Source: Minutocellus sp. GHC0000111 (lineage: Eukaryota). Taken from it: a stretch of 64,000 bases of DNA. This document shows positions 1 to 11,809 of the stretch, piece by piece; position 1 is the first letter of the stretch; every line of letters begins with the position of its first letter. The notes below the pieces were generated by a model. The model ran no database searches. It saw only the letters and a list, made by a program, of their open reading frames with translations, and was not told where the DNA came from. The stretch is taken from positions 1,550,001-1,614,000 of the forward strand of contig OZ361260.1 of the NCBI GenBank assembly GCA_977018835.1. Direction: 5' to 3'. A program made the position numbers and the translations under genes.

Positions 1-34
1 ATCGAAGAGCCAGTGTCACGAGTACTGTTCCAAA

Positions 35-1654
35 ATGAGAGATAATATCTTCGTTGCCGACTTCTCGAAGCTGTCTTGGAGCTTCGCCCATGATACCGAG
101 CGGCTCATGTCCAATTCACATCTTTCACAGCACTACCATGCGTACAGCACATCACTTTCTGGTCATCCCAAGCCCTTGTGTGGATCTGAACACAGTAATC
201 GCCGATATGTTCTTGGGTCTGTCGTAGAGATGACTTCTCAGATTTATCTGGGTACTATTTTGAATCATTTGGCAGAGAGAACTAATTTGGCGATGAATCT
301 TTACAGGTCGAGATCCTGTGACAGCCATCCCTCCCTACCCGAAAGCCCCAACGAAATCGATTTAGCTTCACGCTATCCCTTTCGAGCCTGTTTTACATGT
401 CCACTCAATACAGTCACTCATCAATACACCTGGATTCCACCATCTCCCCCCCCCCAGACTTTGACTCATTCCAAGCTTAGAAATGTTGTCGAGACCTTTC
501 AAAATGGTATTCGTGCAAAAGACGACACAGATTTTTGTTACGAGGGTTTCGGCTCAACCTTTCGACGAAACTTAAGAAGGACATTTCGATTGGTCTTTCT
601 TCAACAATTCCCTTTCTAGTCCAGAGCAAGCCGGTCTTACCTCCAATGCTGGCCGAAAACATAGCATCGATTACTGAACCAGTTGATATTGCCGATACGG
701 CCACATTCATTCATATCCCGAAAGCTGGCGGAACAAGTATGAAGCATCTCTACAGCCAATGCTACGGCTTGGTCGTTGCGTCAGGTGGTGCCCAATGGGG
801 ATGGGACTTGGATGAGCTAGTAGTGTGGCCCTATACGACACCCGAAGGCAAAGAAGTTCGTTTCATCAATATCGATCCAAATTCAGTTCAAGGTCTAGAA
901 CGTGCAAAGCGCTTGGGCCTCGCTGATTCTGGCCTTGTAGATGTTGTCTTTGCGTAAGTCTGGTGAAAATGACGTTTCTCTTTGTTACTCATGCTGATAT
1001 CCCACCGGGCAGCGCAGATTGGAAGATGAGCTCATATTTCATTTCTCTGCTTTACTTCCTCTTATTATTACTCCCCTTCACCAAAGAACATATTTTGCTC
1101 AAGCTGCAGATGTATTCAACCCACAACATCGAGCGAGGATGTTTACAATTCTACGACATCCCGTTGACACGGCAATATCTGAATTCTACTACCTACAGGA
1201 TGCGACCTGGGAGGTAAATTACGCCCCCGAAACCAAGGATTGGACTGTGCAACAGTATGCCGAAAGCAGGCTATCAAACAAAAACTTTGTCGTTCGTCAG
1301 TTGGTCAACAAGCCATCGGGTTTGCTCTACGAGTCTGATCTCGACTTGGCAAAAGAGATATTGCGAGAAAAGTTTGTCATCGGTCTCATGAATGAAATGG
1401 ACGAAAGCGTGAGGAGATTTGACTTGTACTTTGATTTCGATAAAAGTGATGAAACCAATCGCTGTGTTGATGAAATTTTGCATCCAGATAGAAGCAGCAG
1501 TACTGGCGGCGGAACCAATAGTCATCCCCACCCAAAAATACTCGAGGGCACACCAGAATGGGAGGCCATTGCTCAGAATAACTACTTTGACATACAACTC
1601 TACGAGTTCGCTGTTGGGCTATTTGAAGAGCAGGCAGTTTTATTTCAAGATTAA
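35..1654 (+). CDS. Sulfotransferase-family protein, spliced (introns 507-619 and 954-1086; start codon uncertain)
   Basis: PAPS-binding motif FIHIPKAGGTS and motif FTILRHPVD, plus C-terminal N.FDIQLYEFA..LF. Both GT..AG introns join the ORF pieces in frame. Confidence 0.8.
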
Positions 1655-2215
1655 TGTAGGGTACGTAAGAGGAAAGAAATGAAGATGAATATCGAATGTA
1701 GATGTGCAATTTCATGTACACGTAGTCTACCGGTACATATAGCTCTAGCTAGCTACGTAGCTAGATCATCTCCAAACCAACAAAGATGCCACCGTTGGGT
1801 ACTCTACAGTGTACCGGTAGATCTTGTTAGATCCATCCACGTTACCGTCGTAGTAAGTACCGGTACATGTATACAGGTTACATGTAGATCGATACTGCTG
1901 GTAACAGATCTTTGCGATCGTCGTTGACTGATTGATTATCAATCCCACTTTTGCGCCGGCGGCGCGCGAACATCGGCGGCCCGGCCGGCCTGCCAAGCAG
2001 CAGCAGCGGCGGCGGCAACCCGAAACCCGACCGGCGAGAGCCGTCACTCTCTTCCCAACACCTCTCATCACCCATGCATGGCGCGACGGGCATCCTCTAC
2101 CTTGAAGTGACACAAATTCAATTGTCCTTGTCAGATGATTTGCCGCCTGTTGCCAGATCGCTCGAGGGACCGAACCTTCACAACCAGCATTTCCGTTCTT
2201 TCCTGCAAAACTCGT

Positions 2216-2446
2216 TGACGCCTTGTCAATAAGCTTTCCTCTATGTTTGTGCTCGATCCCCGTTCTTCTGACGAAGATAAGGCCTTTGGTGGGTTGACTC
2301 AAATAGCCTTAACGAGAAAAAGAACAAGATCTGACAATTGGGCTCAATTCGTGCTCAAAATCCGCGGAATGAGTTACGTCACCGAAGAATATTTGACGTC
2401 ATATTTTGGTGACGTGTTCCTTCAGTGCTTTCTTTTTTTTCTGACG
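2216..2446. promoter_or_regulatory. Cluster of six TGACG bZIP-type cores upstream of the bHLH-PAS gene, including a full TGACGTCA
   Basis: TGACG at 2216, 2269 and 2442; ACGTCA at 2376; TGACGTCA at 2394; TGACGT at 2410. They lie 150-380 bp upstream of ATG 2595. Confidence 0.45.
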
Positions 2447-2594
2447 AGGAAAATTTTCCACCTCATCATTCAGCCTCCCTGCCTCTTTTTTCTCAGCTCA
2501 AAAAACGAACACATACCTGCAAGCAATTCAACTCAATTACCAATCAGCACCCACAGAGCAATCAAAAGACCCATCCGAGGGAATAAATACGTTT

Positions 2595-5500
2595 ATGGAG
2601 GACATCAAAACAATGACCAAGGGAGATGGCAAGTCTGCCAACGCGGTGAGCGGAAAAATCGACGAGGACGGCGACGTTCGGCAGGCGCAAAAGGCGGTAG
2701 CGACCATGCAGTCGTCGTCTGCACCTACCTCCACCGGGGCTGCAGACCCCACCACGGGCGGTGCCCGGGGCATCACCCGCAAGTTATCGAGCACGGCATC
2801 CATATCGACGGTGACGGGGGCCACGTCGACGGCGCCGGGCGGCACATCGACCGACACCGACTCAGCGGGGGCCGCCGGCGGTCGCAGGAGCCGCCGGAAA
2901 CTCTCCAAGGACCTGCAGGAGGCCATGGCGGCCGCCGGTGGTGGTGGTACGAGCAGCAGCGGCGACGGAACCAGCGCCTCGGCGCCCAACAACACCAATG
3001 GCAACTCGGACGACTCCCTCGGCCTGCCCCTCAGCCTGAGCCTCGTCAAGGGCCTCCGGCGCAAGTCGTCCAGCATTGGCGTCGGATCGTCCAGCAGCGC
3101 CTCGGCCGGGGGGTCGGGCAGCAGCGGCAACAATTCCGACAACTCCGCCCTCGTTAGCTTGGGCAACAACTCCTTCGGCTTCAACTTCGATTCCGAGGAG
3201 GGGATGATGGGCGGCGGGTCTTCCTCGGCTGGCAACGGTTCTCCGCCGGACGCCGACAAGTCCAGCTCGAGCGATTCCGATACCGGCGGCGGCGGCGGCA
3301 AGAACAACAAGAAGAAGACGGCCTCCGCCAAGAAGGCCAAGATATCAACAGGCGAAGGGAAGGAGGCCGAAGTGACGGCATCCTCCAGCGCCGCCGGCTC
3401 CGTCTTGACGGGCGGGGCCGTCGCGGCACCGGCCAGGAGGGTCGAGGTATCGGGCAATCCCAGCACCGTCCCCTGCCAGGTTTCTACCAAGAGCGGAGGG
3501 AGCAAGAATAAGAACAAGAAGAAGAAGAATAAGTCCAAGAGTGCCGCAGACGGAGCGGAGGGCGAGCGGCAAGAGAGTGGTGGTAGCGCTGCCGGTGGTG
3601 GCGGGGATCGCCAGAGGGGACACATCAAGAAGCGCCGTATGGTCGACAGAGACCCCACCGACGTCGCCGAGGCCGATGCTCAGGCCGCGGCTGGCAACAA
3701 GGGCAAGAAGTCCAAGCAGGGGTCGCAGCCCATGCCCCCCGAATCCAAACCCTCTTCGTCGTCTCTTGACTCCAACAGCCGGGAGGGCAGCGAGGATGGG
3801 TCCGGCTCTGGCAACGATTCCGGTACCAGCGGCAGTGGATCGTCCGGATCCGGATCGAACGGCAATGGCTCACGAAGCAGCTCCGGCAAGTCCACCGTGT
3901 CCAGCCTTACCATGAGCTCCAACCCCAACGATTCCAACGGCGGCTCTCCCAGCAGCGGCGATCAGGATCCCGCCGACGCCGACGACAACGACAATATGAA
4001 TCAGGACGATCCAGCCGTCGAGTCTGCCTTCAACCTCGCCGCAGCCACCACCGAGGAGGAAGCCGCCGCAGCGGCCGTGGCCCACCTTCAGAGCATCGCC
4101 AACGCCGTCGACAAGAAGGTTTCCAAGGAAAAGCAAAAGGCCGCCGAGGCATCCGCCGCCGCCGCTGCTGCCGCTGCCAAGACTGCCGCCGATGAGGCAG
4201 ATGCCAAGGAGAAGGCCGCCCCGTTGACGTCCGAGTCTGCCGCTCGAGGTCAGAAGCGCAAGTCCGCCGATGATGACGACGATGACGATGACGCCGACGA
4301 CGGCGATTCCGGTGGCTATAATAGCGACGACGAGGAGGGCATGACCTCCTCCCGGCACAAGGGTGCCTCTACCTCCTCGTCGGCGCAGACCAATGCAGCG
4401 AGTGGTACTGCTACTACCGGTGGTGCCAAGGTTTCTGCAGTCACTACCGGTCCCAAGGCCGCCAAGGCACCTACCAAGAGAGCGGCTCCCACCGATTCTA
4501 CCATGCCCCCACCAGCAGCTCCTACCGTCATCCCTCCTTCTGCCACCGCCTCTTCGTCTATGGCAGCATCATCTACTCAAGTATCGTCGAGTACCGGAAC
4601 TTCCGCCGCCGCTGCCGCCTCCTCCTCTGCTGTGGCATCCGCTCCCGGCACCGGCCCACCCAAGAAGAAGGCCAAGCTCACCAGCGCCGAGAGACGGGAG
4701 GAGCGCAATCAGCGTGAGAAGGAGCGCAGTCTCCGAATCTCGTCCCAGATCAACGAGCTTCGCAACCTGCTCTCGAGCGGAGGCGTCATTGTACCAAAAG
4801 GTACCAAGAGTTCCGTCCTCAGCGAGGCTGCCAACTACATCCGTATGCTTCAGCAGCACCAGTACAAGAGCGAGATTGATCGAGCCCAGCTCATCCAGCA
4901 GATGCAGATCATCGGCGGTGGTGCCCTCGGTCCTCAGGCCGCCACAGCCGTCCGTCACGTTGCCGCCCAGAATGGAGTATGGTCTCTAGGAAACTTCGGT
5001 GGCGTTCCGCCCCGCTCGGCCATGCAGCTGGTAGGCCAGCCGTCTGTGAGCTCTGCAGCATCGGCGGCTGCTGGATCGACGACAACGTCCGCTGCCGCCA
5101 GCCAGCCCACCCAGCAGAAGTCGGTTGCTTCCAACGAGCCCCAGCTCGTAACGACGATTGACGAGCATGACTACCGCTACGTGTTTAACTCATGTGCCGT
5201 TGGTATGGCCATCGCCTCAATGGGCGGCGCCTTCATCGACTGTAACCAGCTCTTCTGCCAGCTGTCGCAGTATTCTAAACAGGAGGTATGCTCCATGACC
5301 ATCTTCAACCTCACAAGTCGCCAAGATCTTCAGGTTGCGTTCGACCTCATCAGCAAGATGATATCCCCACCGGCTGACGGTAGTACTGGCAACCCTCCCT
5401 CTTGTATCCTCGGGGGCTCCATGAAGCACAGGAACGACCTCGGCCTGAGCATCTCCCTCATCAAGGGTTCCGATGGCATTGCCAAATGCTTCAGCGTGAC

Positions 5501-5734
5501 GCTCATCAAGAATCCCGCCTCTCCTTATGATCCGTCCCGACCGATCCCTGCCACTGCGGACTTCCTTCGTGTCGGTGATGGTCAGCCAGAGGAAGGGGAC
5601 CAGAAGAAGCCGGCAGCAACTTCCACCACTACTAGCGGCAGTGGCAACAAGAAAAAGAAAAGAAGAAAAAGGACGAGAAGACCCCAGCCGAGAAGGCGAA
5701 GAAGATGAATGCTCCAGCATACACGAGTGGCTGA
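2595..5734 (+). CDS. bHLH-PAS transcription factor (diatom type) with a long low-complexity N-terminus; probable frameshift near the C-terminus
   Basis: bHLH: ERREERNQREKERSLRISSQINELRNLL...KSSVLSEAANYIRML. PAS: YRYVFNSCAVGMAIASMGGAFIDCNQLFCQLSQYSKQEV. The ORF stops at 5708, but another frame after the A-rich run at 5648-5670 reads KKKDEKTPAEKAKKMNAPAYTSG* to 5734. Confidence 0.88.
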
Positions 5735-6169
5735 TGAGAGACACTTACTGTACAGTGTATTTTGTTACAGAAGCTTCACCTTTGAGTACGGGTACAGCAG
5801 GCCCGTGCTTCTGACGAAGTTTTGCATGTTAGCTACTCATAGAAAATATATTTTAACAAACTAAGTTAGATGTCGATTCTTAAAGGATCGAGTATCGTAA
5901 TTGTTGAAGTACCACAATAATATAGAGATGCATCTCAGATAGAATTGTCACCCCACGGCCATCATGTTTTACCAACCACGTAGCTAGTAACTGGGAAGCC
6001 TGGCGCTGTTTCCGATCCAAAATACCAATGACATAACAAAATAAATAAAGCTGGCGCAAAAAATGCAGGTGTACTGCACCGCCAACAATTATTAATAACA
6101 AAACAACAGGGGAGAAGCAAAAACTGGGCGGGAAGATGTCAAAGTAGAAAAAGAATTGCGATTCGCTTT

Positions 6170-7022
6170 CTACTTCTTGAGACCATTGAGCTTAAGCTCG
6201 ACATCATTCAACCCAGAGTTTCCCCAGTCATTCCAACCAACTCCCTTGACTGTCGTGTACGCCAACGTCGCCGGGAGGAGGGAGGACGCGAACCAAGTGG
6301 AGGCGACGGCAGGACCGGCAAACTTCGCAACAGCAGGAGCCACGTATGGCTCGAACCAGGCGGTATTGCTGCCCACGTAAGAGCAGTAAGTGCCTTCTTT
6401 GAATTCCTGCATGCGCTTGCCTTCGTGAAGGGGATTGAAGGCAGCATCTCCGGCCACATACAAGGTCACACCGGAGAAGATGAAGAGGAAGGTATGAGCG
6501 ACGAAGGCGGCGGGAGTTTTGGCAAAGCAAATCTCCTTATTGAGCGCCTTAAGAGAGCCTGCGACGCATGATCGGTCAGAGCGAGACAGCCAGCGACGCC
6601 AACAATGTGCTGGGTACGAGTTCCCCAGAACTCTTCTCCTACTTCACGGCCGAGAAAACGATTAAAATAGCCGTAGTCCATCTGCTGGGTAGGGTGCTGT
6701 AGGCGTGAATGTTTGGAGATGAAGGCGTTAGTGATATGAGTCGAGTCGACTTTTCAACGATGGTTTCGCATACGGCTCTAGCTCCAGCCAGGTGCACTCG
6801 ATGGCATTGCTCGATTCTTCCAATAATCACTCGATTGGATTAGAGCTCGCCATCATGTTCACATAAATAGATATTGACCGGACCAAGAGCATCCCTCGCG
6901 CTGTGCTCGGCGCGATCTTGTCTCACCTGAATAAAATTGGAGAGGAAATCCGAGAGACAATACGTGCCAAAGGTGACACCTACGGCCTTGGCCAGGGTCG
7001 GGGCTGTGGCGGAGAGGGACAT
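6170..7022 (-). pseudogene. Small hypothetical membrane protein, two exons (intron about 6697-6926), frameshifted at about 6550
   Basis: Exon 1 MSLSATAPT...SNFIQ splices (GTGAG..CTACAG) to HPTQQMDYGYFNRF. After DHASQAL the coherent reading (KALNKEICFAKTPAAFVAHTFLFIFSGVTLYVAGD...) is in a different frame. Confidence 0.65.
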
Positions 7023-7800
7023 GGTTCTTGCTTTATTGTTGATCGGTTCGGCTTTTAGTTTTTGGGATGAGGAGCGGGGCAAAGATTTTGGATCTTTTTG
7101 GATCCACCGTTTCGTGTCGCACTTTCGTTTGATGTCTTGTCAAACTTCTCGGAAGTTGTGGAGGATGACTTATTCCCCAATACGAGATTCGGGGAAAGGG
7201 TATAGAAACACTCCAGTCGAACAAGTCCAAGACTTTTTGAGCAAAAAGATCGCTGGATGATCTCAACGCTCGATACCCGAAACGACGTGTATCGAGCGGG
7301 AAGGTCGTGATGGTAATCGATCGAGAGGGGGTTTAGTATGAGGCTGAACTGCGCTTTTGCGTTGTTGTCATGGTGATACCCAAGCCCACCATGATTAGCA
7401 GCAGTGTGGTTGGCAGTGGCATATCAATAATTGTCAGACCGCCAAAACTTGCTCTTCTCCGCCGAAGGAACAAAAAGAGGATCGTCCTTGGCAAAGAACA
7501 ATCCATTGGGACCATCATCGAATCTTTGGATCGATCAGGTGGTGAGCACACACAAGAATTGGCAACCAAGAGTGATAACGACGGGCCCAAACTCGATCAA
7601 ACATCAGCCAACATGACGGGGTCGGCCACCAATATTATCGCAGTTGCTCGGGCTACGATGCCGAGGCCGGTCTCTCTGGCGCAAGCATTTGGCGCCGAGG
7701 AACCATCCTCGATCGCCGTCGATTCTCTGCATCAGCAGCGAAGGAAGAACAAGCATACATTGTCGTCGAAGAAAATACAAAGCAGCCCTGGTATCATTGC

Positions 7801-10155
7801 ATGCTTCCTGATTGTACTGGCACATCTGCTCCCGAGGATATTGTAGAAAACGAATTGCTCACGGCAGAGGAGACAGAACGTCGTCAGGAGGAAGAGCAGG
7901 ACACTGGCAATTCATCTCCTATGGGTGGCGGAGAACCTACCACCTCCGTCTTTAGAACCTCCGCGCCAGATGATGAAGTTCGGGATGCGTCTCTGGCTGA
8001 TAATGAGGAAAGAGATTCTGATGGCACTGATTACAACGATGCTTCTAATGCGCTATCACCAACTGCCGCAGTCAACGCCGCTGTTTCCGCAACGAATGCA
8101 CCGAATCAAAGGCAGCACCGTCGCATCCAGAGTGACGTCGGTTCGCCGACAACTCCCATTGAGGGACTTCCAGACACCTTCTTCTCTACAGGCAGCTTCG
8201 AATCCATTTCGGGTCTTTCCCTCGCTTCGTACGGCACCACAGCATCCGCCATGCTGGGCGGTCTCGAAAACGACGAGAAGGTCATTAGCACCATAATGGA
8301 CGACAAGGATGACGAGAGTGTCGTCAGTTCCATCGATGGAGACGAAGACCCTGCCGATCCTTGTCGTCCACCTTCTGCGGTGGAGCAATCTCAACCCGTC
8401 CCCCCGGCGCCGACGTCCATCGCCGCTGAGATTGAAAGCCGAAGGCAGCAGAACCTACAAGTTCCGATTATCCACGTCACCTCTCACTCTATCGACGATG
8501 GCGACCACGCCTCCATTGGTACTCGCAGCACCAAGGCTTCATCGCACAGGCACGACGATGATTACTCGGTCATATCTGAGGATGCATCAATGGCCTCTGC
8601 CATGCGCCGCAATCGGGAGCTTGACGCCGTCCCTCTGAAGAAGATCAAACACATGTTTAAGGAGGGACGTATGACTGAGGACGAGCGCAAGCATATGTTG
8701 GAGCTGCGTTCGGCCATCAAGTCCTTTGGCCGTCACGATCTCAACGTTGCTCATACCCTCGTTACTGCCGGTGACTACTATACCGAGGCATCGGATTACG
8801 ATCGTGCCCTCAGCCTGCACAGAGAGGCTTTAACCATCTACAGCACCAAGCTTGGTGATCACGACCCTCGTTCGGTCGACTGCATGGTACGCATCGCTCG
8901 CGTCCAGCTCAAGCAGGGCAAGGTCGACGAAGCGTTGGGAACTTTCTGCCAGTCGATGCACATGAGAGAAGCCCTCATGGGCGAGGAACATCCGTCCGTC
9001 GGCGAGGTTCGTATGCACGTTGCCGAGATCCAGCGAGGCAAGGGTCATGCCAAAGAGGCAGCGAGGGAGGTAAAGAAGGCCCTTCGTGGATACCGAGAGG
9101 CATACGGCGACGACCACCCCAGGGTTGCTGATGCAGTGGAAAGTATTGCCGAGCTATACACCGACATGGGTGAACACGAGAAGGCCAACCTCATCTATTC
9201 TGAGATGGTGAAGCTCCGTGCTGCAATCGATGGACATGAATCAGTGTCTGTATCCAAGGCCTTGCTCAAATGGAGTGGGTCATTCGAGGCCCTGGGCAAC
9301 TCCAGCCGAGCCCTCAAGCTAATGAAGCAGGCCTATGCTGCACTTGTAAAGCAAGAGGGTCTTGCTGGAGCTACGACAGCCGAAGCTCTCGAAGGTGTTG
9401 GCCAGATCTACGCCACCATTGGGAGGAAAGATAAGGCCATCAAGGCCTACACCCGAGTTCTCAACATTCGTCGCCAGACTCTCGGTGAGAACGATCCGTT
9501 GACGGCATCTACTTTCGTCACCATCGGAAGGACCCTCAAGGAAGTAAACCAACCAGAAAAATCCCTCAAGTGTATGAAACGAGCCATGTCCATCTACACG
9601 CACTACGACAAGACGAGGAAGACCAACGAGAAGACCAACGAGGACATCGTTGCGATTGCAGACTCCCTCCACCAGGTCGGACTTACCTTCGAAGACCACG
9701 GCGATAATTCCCTGGCCCTCAAGGCCTTTAGCAAAGAGATGTCCCTGCGCAAGGCAGCTCACTACGTTGATAGGCGGCGCATCGCACGAGTACTGAACGC
9801 AGTCGGCGTCATTCAGTGCAAACGAGGCAAGTTCAAGAACGCCATGGAGTTCTTCACCGAGGCTCTTGTCAACATGGACACTACCGGCGGTCGCAACGCT
9901 ACGTTTGCCGCTACCCTCTTCAACGTTGGTCTTGCCCTCGAGAAAACGGGCGAAACGCAGAAGGCCTTCCAAACCTACGCCGAGACCCTCATGATGTACA
10001 AGGCTGAAGGCTTAACCGAAGACAATCCAATGGTGAGCAAGGTAATCAACAAGATCAAGAAAAATCCATCAATACAGATTGAGGTCCCAGTTGCCATCAA
10101 CGGGAAGTTACCATGCTCACTTCTAGACGGCGACGGTCAACAATTTGAGTGCTAG
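7801..10155 (+). CDS. TPR-repeat protein (kinesin light chain / nephrocystin-3-like repeats); N-terminus may extend upstream
   Basis: Repeated ~42-aa units such as ALSLHREALTIYSTKLGDHDPRSV, REALMGEEHPSV, REAYGDDHPRVA and RQTLGENDPLTAST. Confidence 0.85.
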   Translation: MLPDCTGTSAPEDIVENELLTAEETERRQEEEQDTGNSSPMGGGEPTTSVFRTSAPDDEVRDASLADNEERDSDGTDYNDASNALSPTAAVNAAVSATNAPNQRQHRRIQSDVGSPTTPIEGLPDTFFSTGSFESISGLSLASYGTTASAMLGGLENDEKVISTIMDDKDDESVVSSIDGDEDPADPCRPPSAVEQSQPVPPAPTSIAAEIESRRQQNLQVPIIHVTSHSIDDGDHASIGTRSTKASSHRHDDDYSVISEDASMASAMRRNRELDAVPLKKIKHMFKEGRMTEDERKHMLELRSAIKSFGRHDLNVAHTLVTAGDYYTEASDYDRALSLHREALTIYSTKLGDHDPRSVDCMVRIARVQLKQGKVDEALGTFCQSMHMREALMGEEHPSVGEVRMHVAEIQRGKGHAKEAAREVKKALRGYREAYGDDHPRVADAVESIAELYTDMGEHEKANLIYSEMVKLRAAIDGHESVSVSKALLKWSGSFEALGNSSRALKLMKQAYAALVKQEGLAGATTAEALEGVGQIYATIGRKDKAIKAYTRVLNIRRQTLGENDPLTASTFVTIGRTLKEVNQPEKSLKCMKRAMSIYTHYDKTRKTNEKTNEDIVAIADSLHQVGLTFEDHGDNSLALKAFSKEMSLRKAAHYVDRRRIARVLNAVGVIQCKRGKFKNAMEFFTEALVNMDTTGGRNATFAATLFNVGLALEKTGETQKAFQTYAETLMMYKAEGLTEDNPMVSKVINKIKKNPSIQIEVPVAINGKLPCSLLDGDGQQFEC

Positions 10156-10692
10156 CTAGACTCTCACACAAACGTCAGTCTATAACAACTTTCGTCTACC
10201 GTGGTACTCGAATGATCGTACCAGGGGCAGATTTTGGGTCCAATACATATTTCAATGTCGTAAACGTAGACCAGTTTTTTTTCAATAATAGACTAGATCT
10301 ATTTACTAGTACTCAACGTTTATGTCATTTCCAGATGAGATCTAGTAATAGTGAAGCGCAAATGTTTGAGCACGATCGTCCAGGAATCAATCGAATTCCT
10401 CCTCTCACACTGCACTTCGATCTACCGTCCGGTAACCGCCCAACTCTCTCAATACTGGCACACAGGGGTATGCTACAATTGACCACCGTATGCTTCCATT
10501 AAAACAAGTCTGCGTTGTTTCGATGGTGCCCTTGTGGTCTTCCTGTGTGCACCACAATGAAACATGCAAAGTTTAGCTACATATACGCAGCGGCATGCAT
10601 GCTTAGATGACCTCTGGTTGAGAGAACAAAGTAGATCTAGGTGGTGGGTTTTGGATTCTTTTTCTATTTTTTTTTACGTATTCATATATAGC

Positions 10693-11139
10693 TTACTCCT
10701 CGTCGTGGAAGACAGAGCCAGCGATACGATCAAGATCCTGCTGTCCGACACGGGTCATTCGTCGGCCACCGTTCTCGCACTGCTCAACAACCTTCATCTC
10801 CTGGAGCTGGATGAGGACCGATCGGATAACACCGGCGTTGGCCTTCTTGAAGTGCTCGGTGCGGACACCGCGCTTGTCGGTGCCACCGTACCACTTGCGG
10901 AGCTGACCTACGCCAAGTCCCGGGCGGAGGTAGACCTTGCGGGCGATGGAAGCGGCACGGATGTAGTACCAGTCATCGCCGTAGGGGGCGAGCTCCTTGT
11001 GGCAGGCGGTCTTGACGAGGTCGGCCCAGACGGGGAGCTCGAACTTGTCGGAGTTCTTGAGGTGCTCAGCGTAGGCGGCGATGAAGTCGCGAGCGGCAAC
11101 GTCACGGACGCAGATTCCACGGGGTTCGTCTTCAGCCAT
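10693..11139 (-). CDS. RPS19: 40S ribosomal protein S19 (eS19)
   Basis: VRDVAARDFIAAYAEHLK, PVWADLVKT...KELAP...DWYYIRAASIARKVYLR and G..DLDRIA. Probable 5'-UTR intron at 11169-11588. Confidence 0.97.
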   Translation of the reverse strand: MAEDEPRGICVRDVAARDFIAAYAEHLKNSDKFELPVWADLVKTACHKELAPYGDDWYYIRAASIARKVYLRPGLGVGQLRKWYGGTDKRGVRTEHFKKANAGVIRSVLIQLQEMKVVEQCENGGRRMTRVGQQDLDRIAGSVFHDEE

Positions 11140-11809
11140 TTTGAATTATTATATACAAAAAGAGGGACTGTTGGATTATGTGTAGGCAGGAGGGGGTGGA
11201 GGGGATGGGTGAGATACATGCTTTCGTGATATGACATTCCGTCGTGCCGGCGATGCAAAGCCGCTCGATGCAGCCCAGACGTCCAAGCCCGACAGTATCC
11301 ACTGAATTCCCAGCCAAAAACCTGCACTGTATCAGTAAGGTCTCCAGGTGGACGACGCCGCCATCATCATCTCCGAGGGGACCAGCACCAGGACGCAGGA
11401 GAGGATTGGGGGCTCGATCGAGAGTTCCCGAGTTCCCCGCCCGACTTCGTGCCAGTCCGCGCTCGAACCGACAACGACCAAACGCACACAACAAAACGAC
11501 GGGGAACACACAAAATATGCTATCCCTGGTTGTGGCGCGTCGTCCGGTATGGCTAGGCTACATCCGTCAACGCCAAGTTGGGGCTTACCTGCACAAAGAG
11601 AGTGGGCCAAGACGAGGGAGGTTCAATGGGTTATTATGCAGATACCACTCACGATAATAAAAATTCGCAAAAGTTTCGACAAACACATTTTTCAGGAGTG
11701 CCAAAAAAGTAGGAGCGAAAAGAAGTAAGTTAGAGAACCTCTATCATCAACTCGGGGTAAATCACAGGAATAAAATTCGCTCGGCTCAATCGTTCGGCGG
11801 TTCGGCTCA

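Noticed and set aside
2537..3658. 373-aa antisense ORF and other long ORFs overlapping bHLH-PAS
   Set aside because: Shadow ORFs of a GC-rich, codon-biased gene; no motifs.
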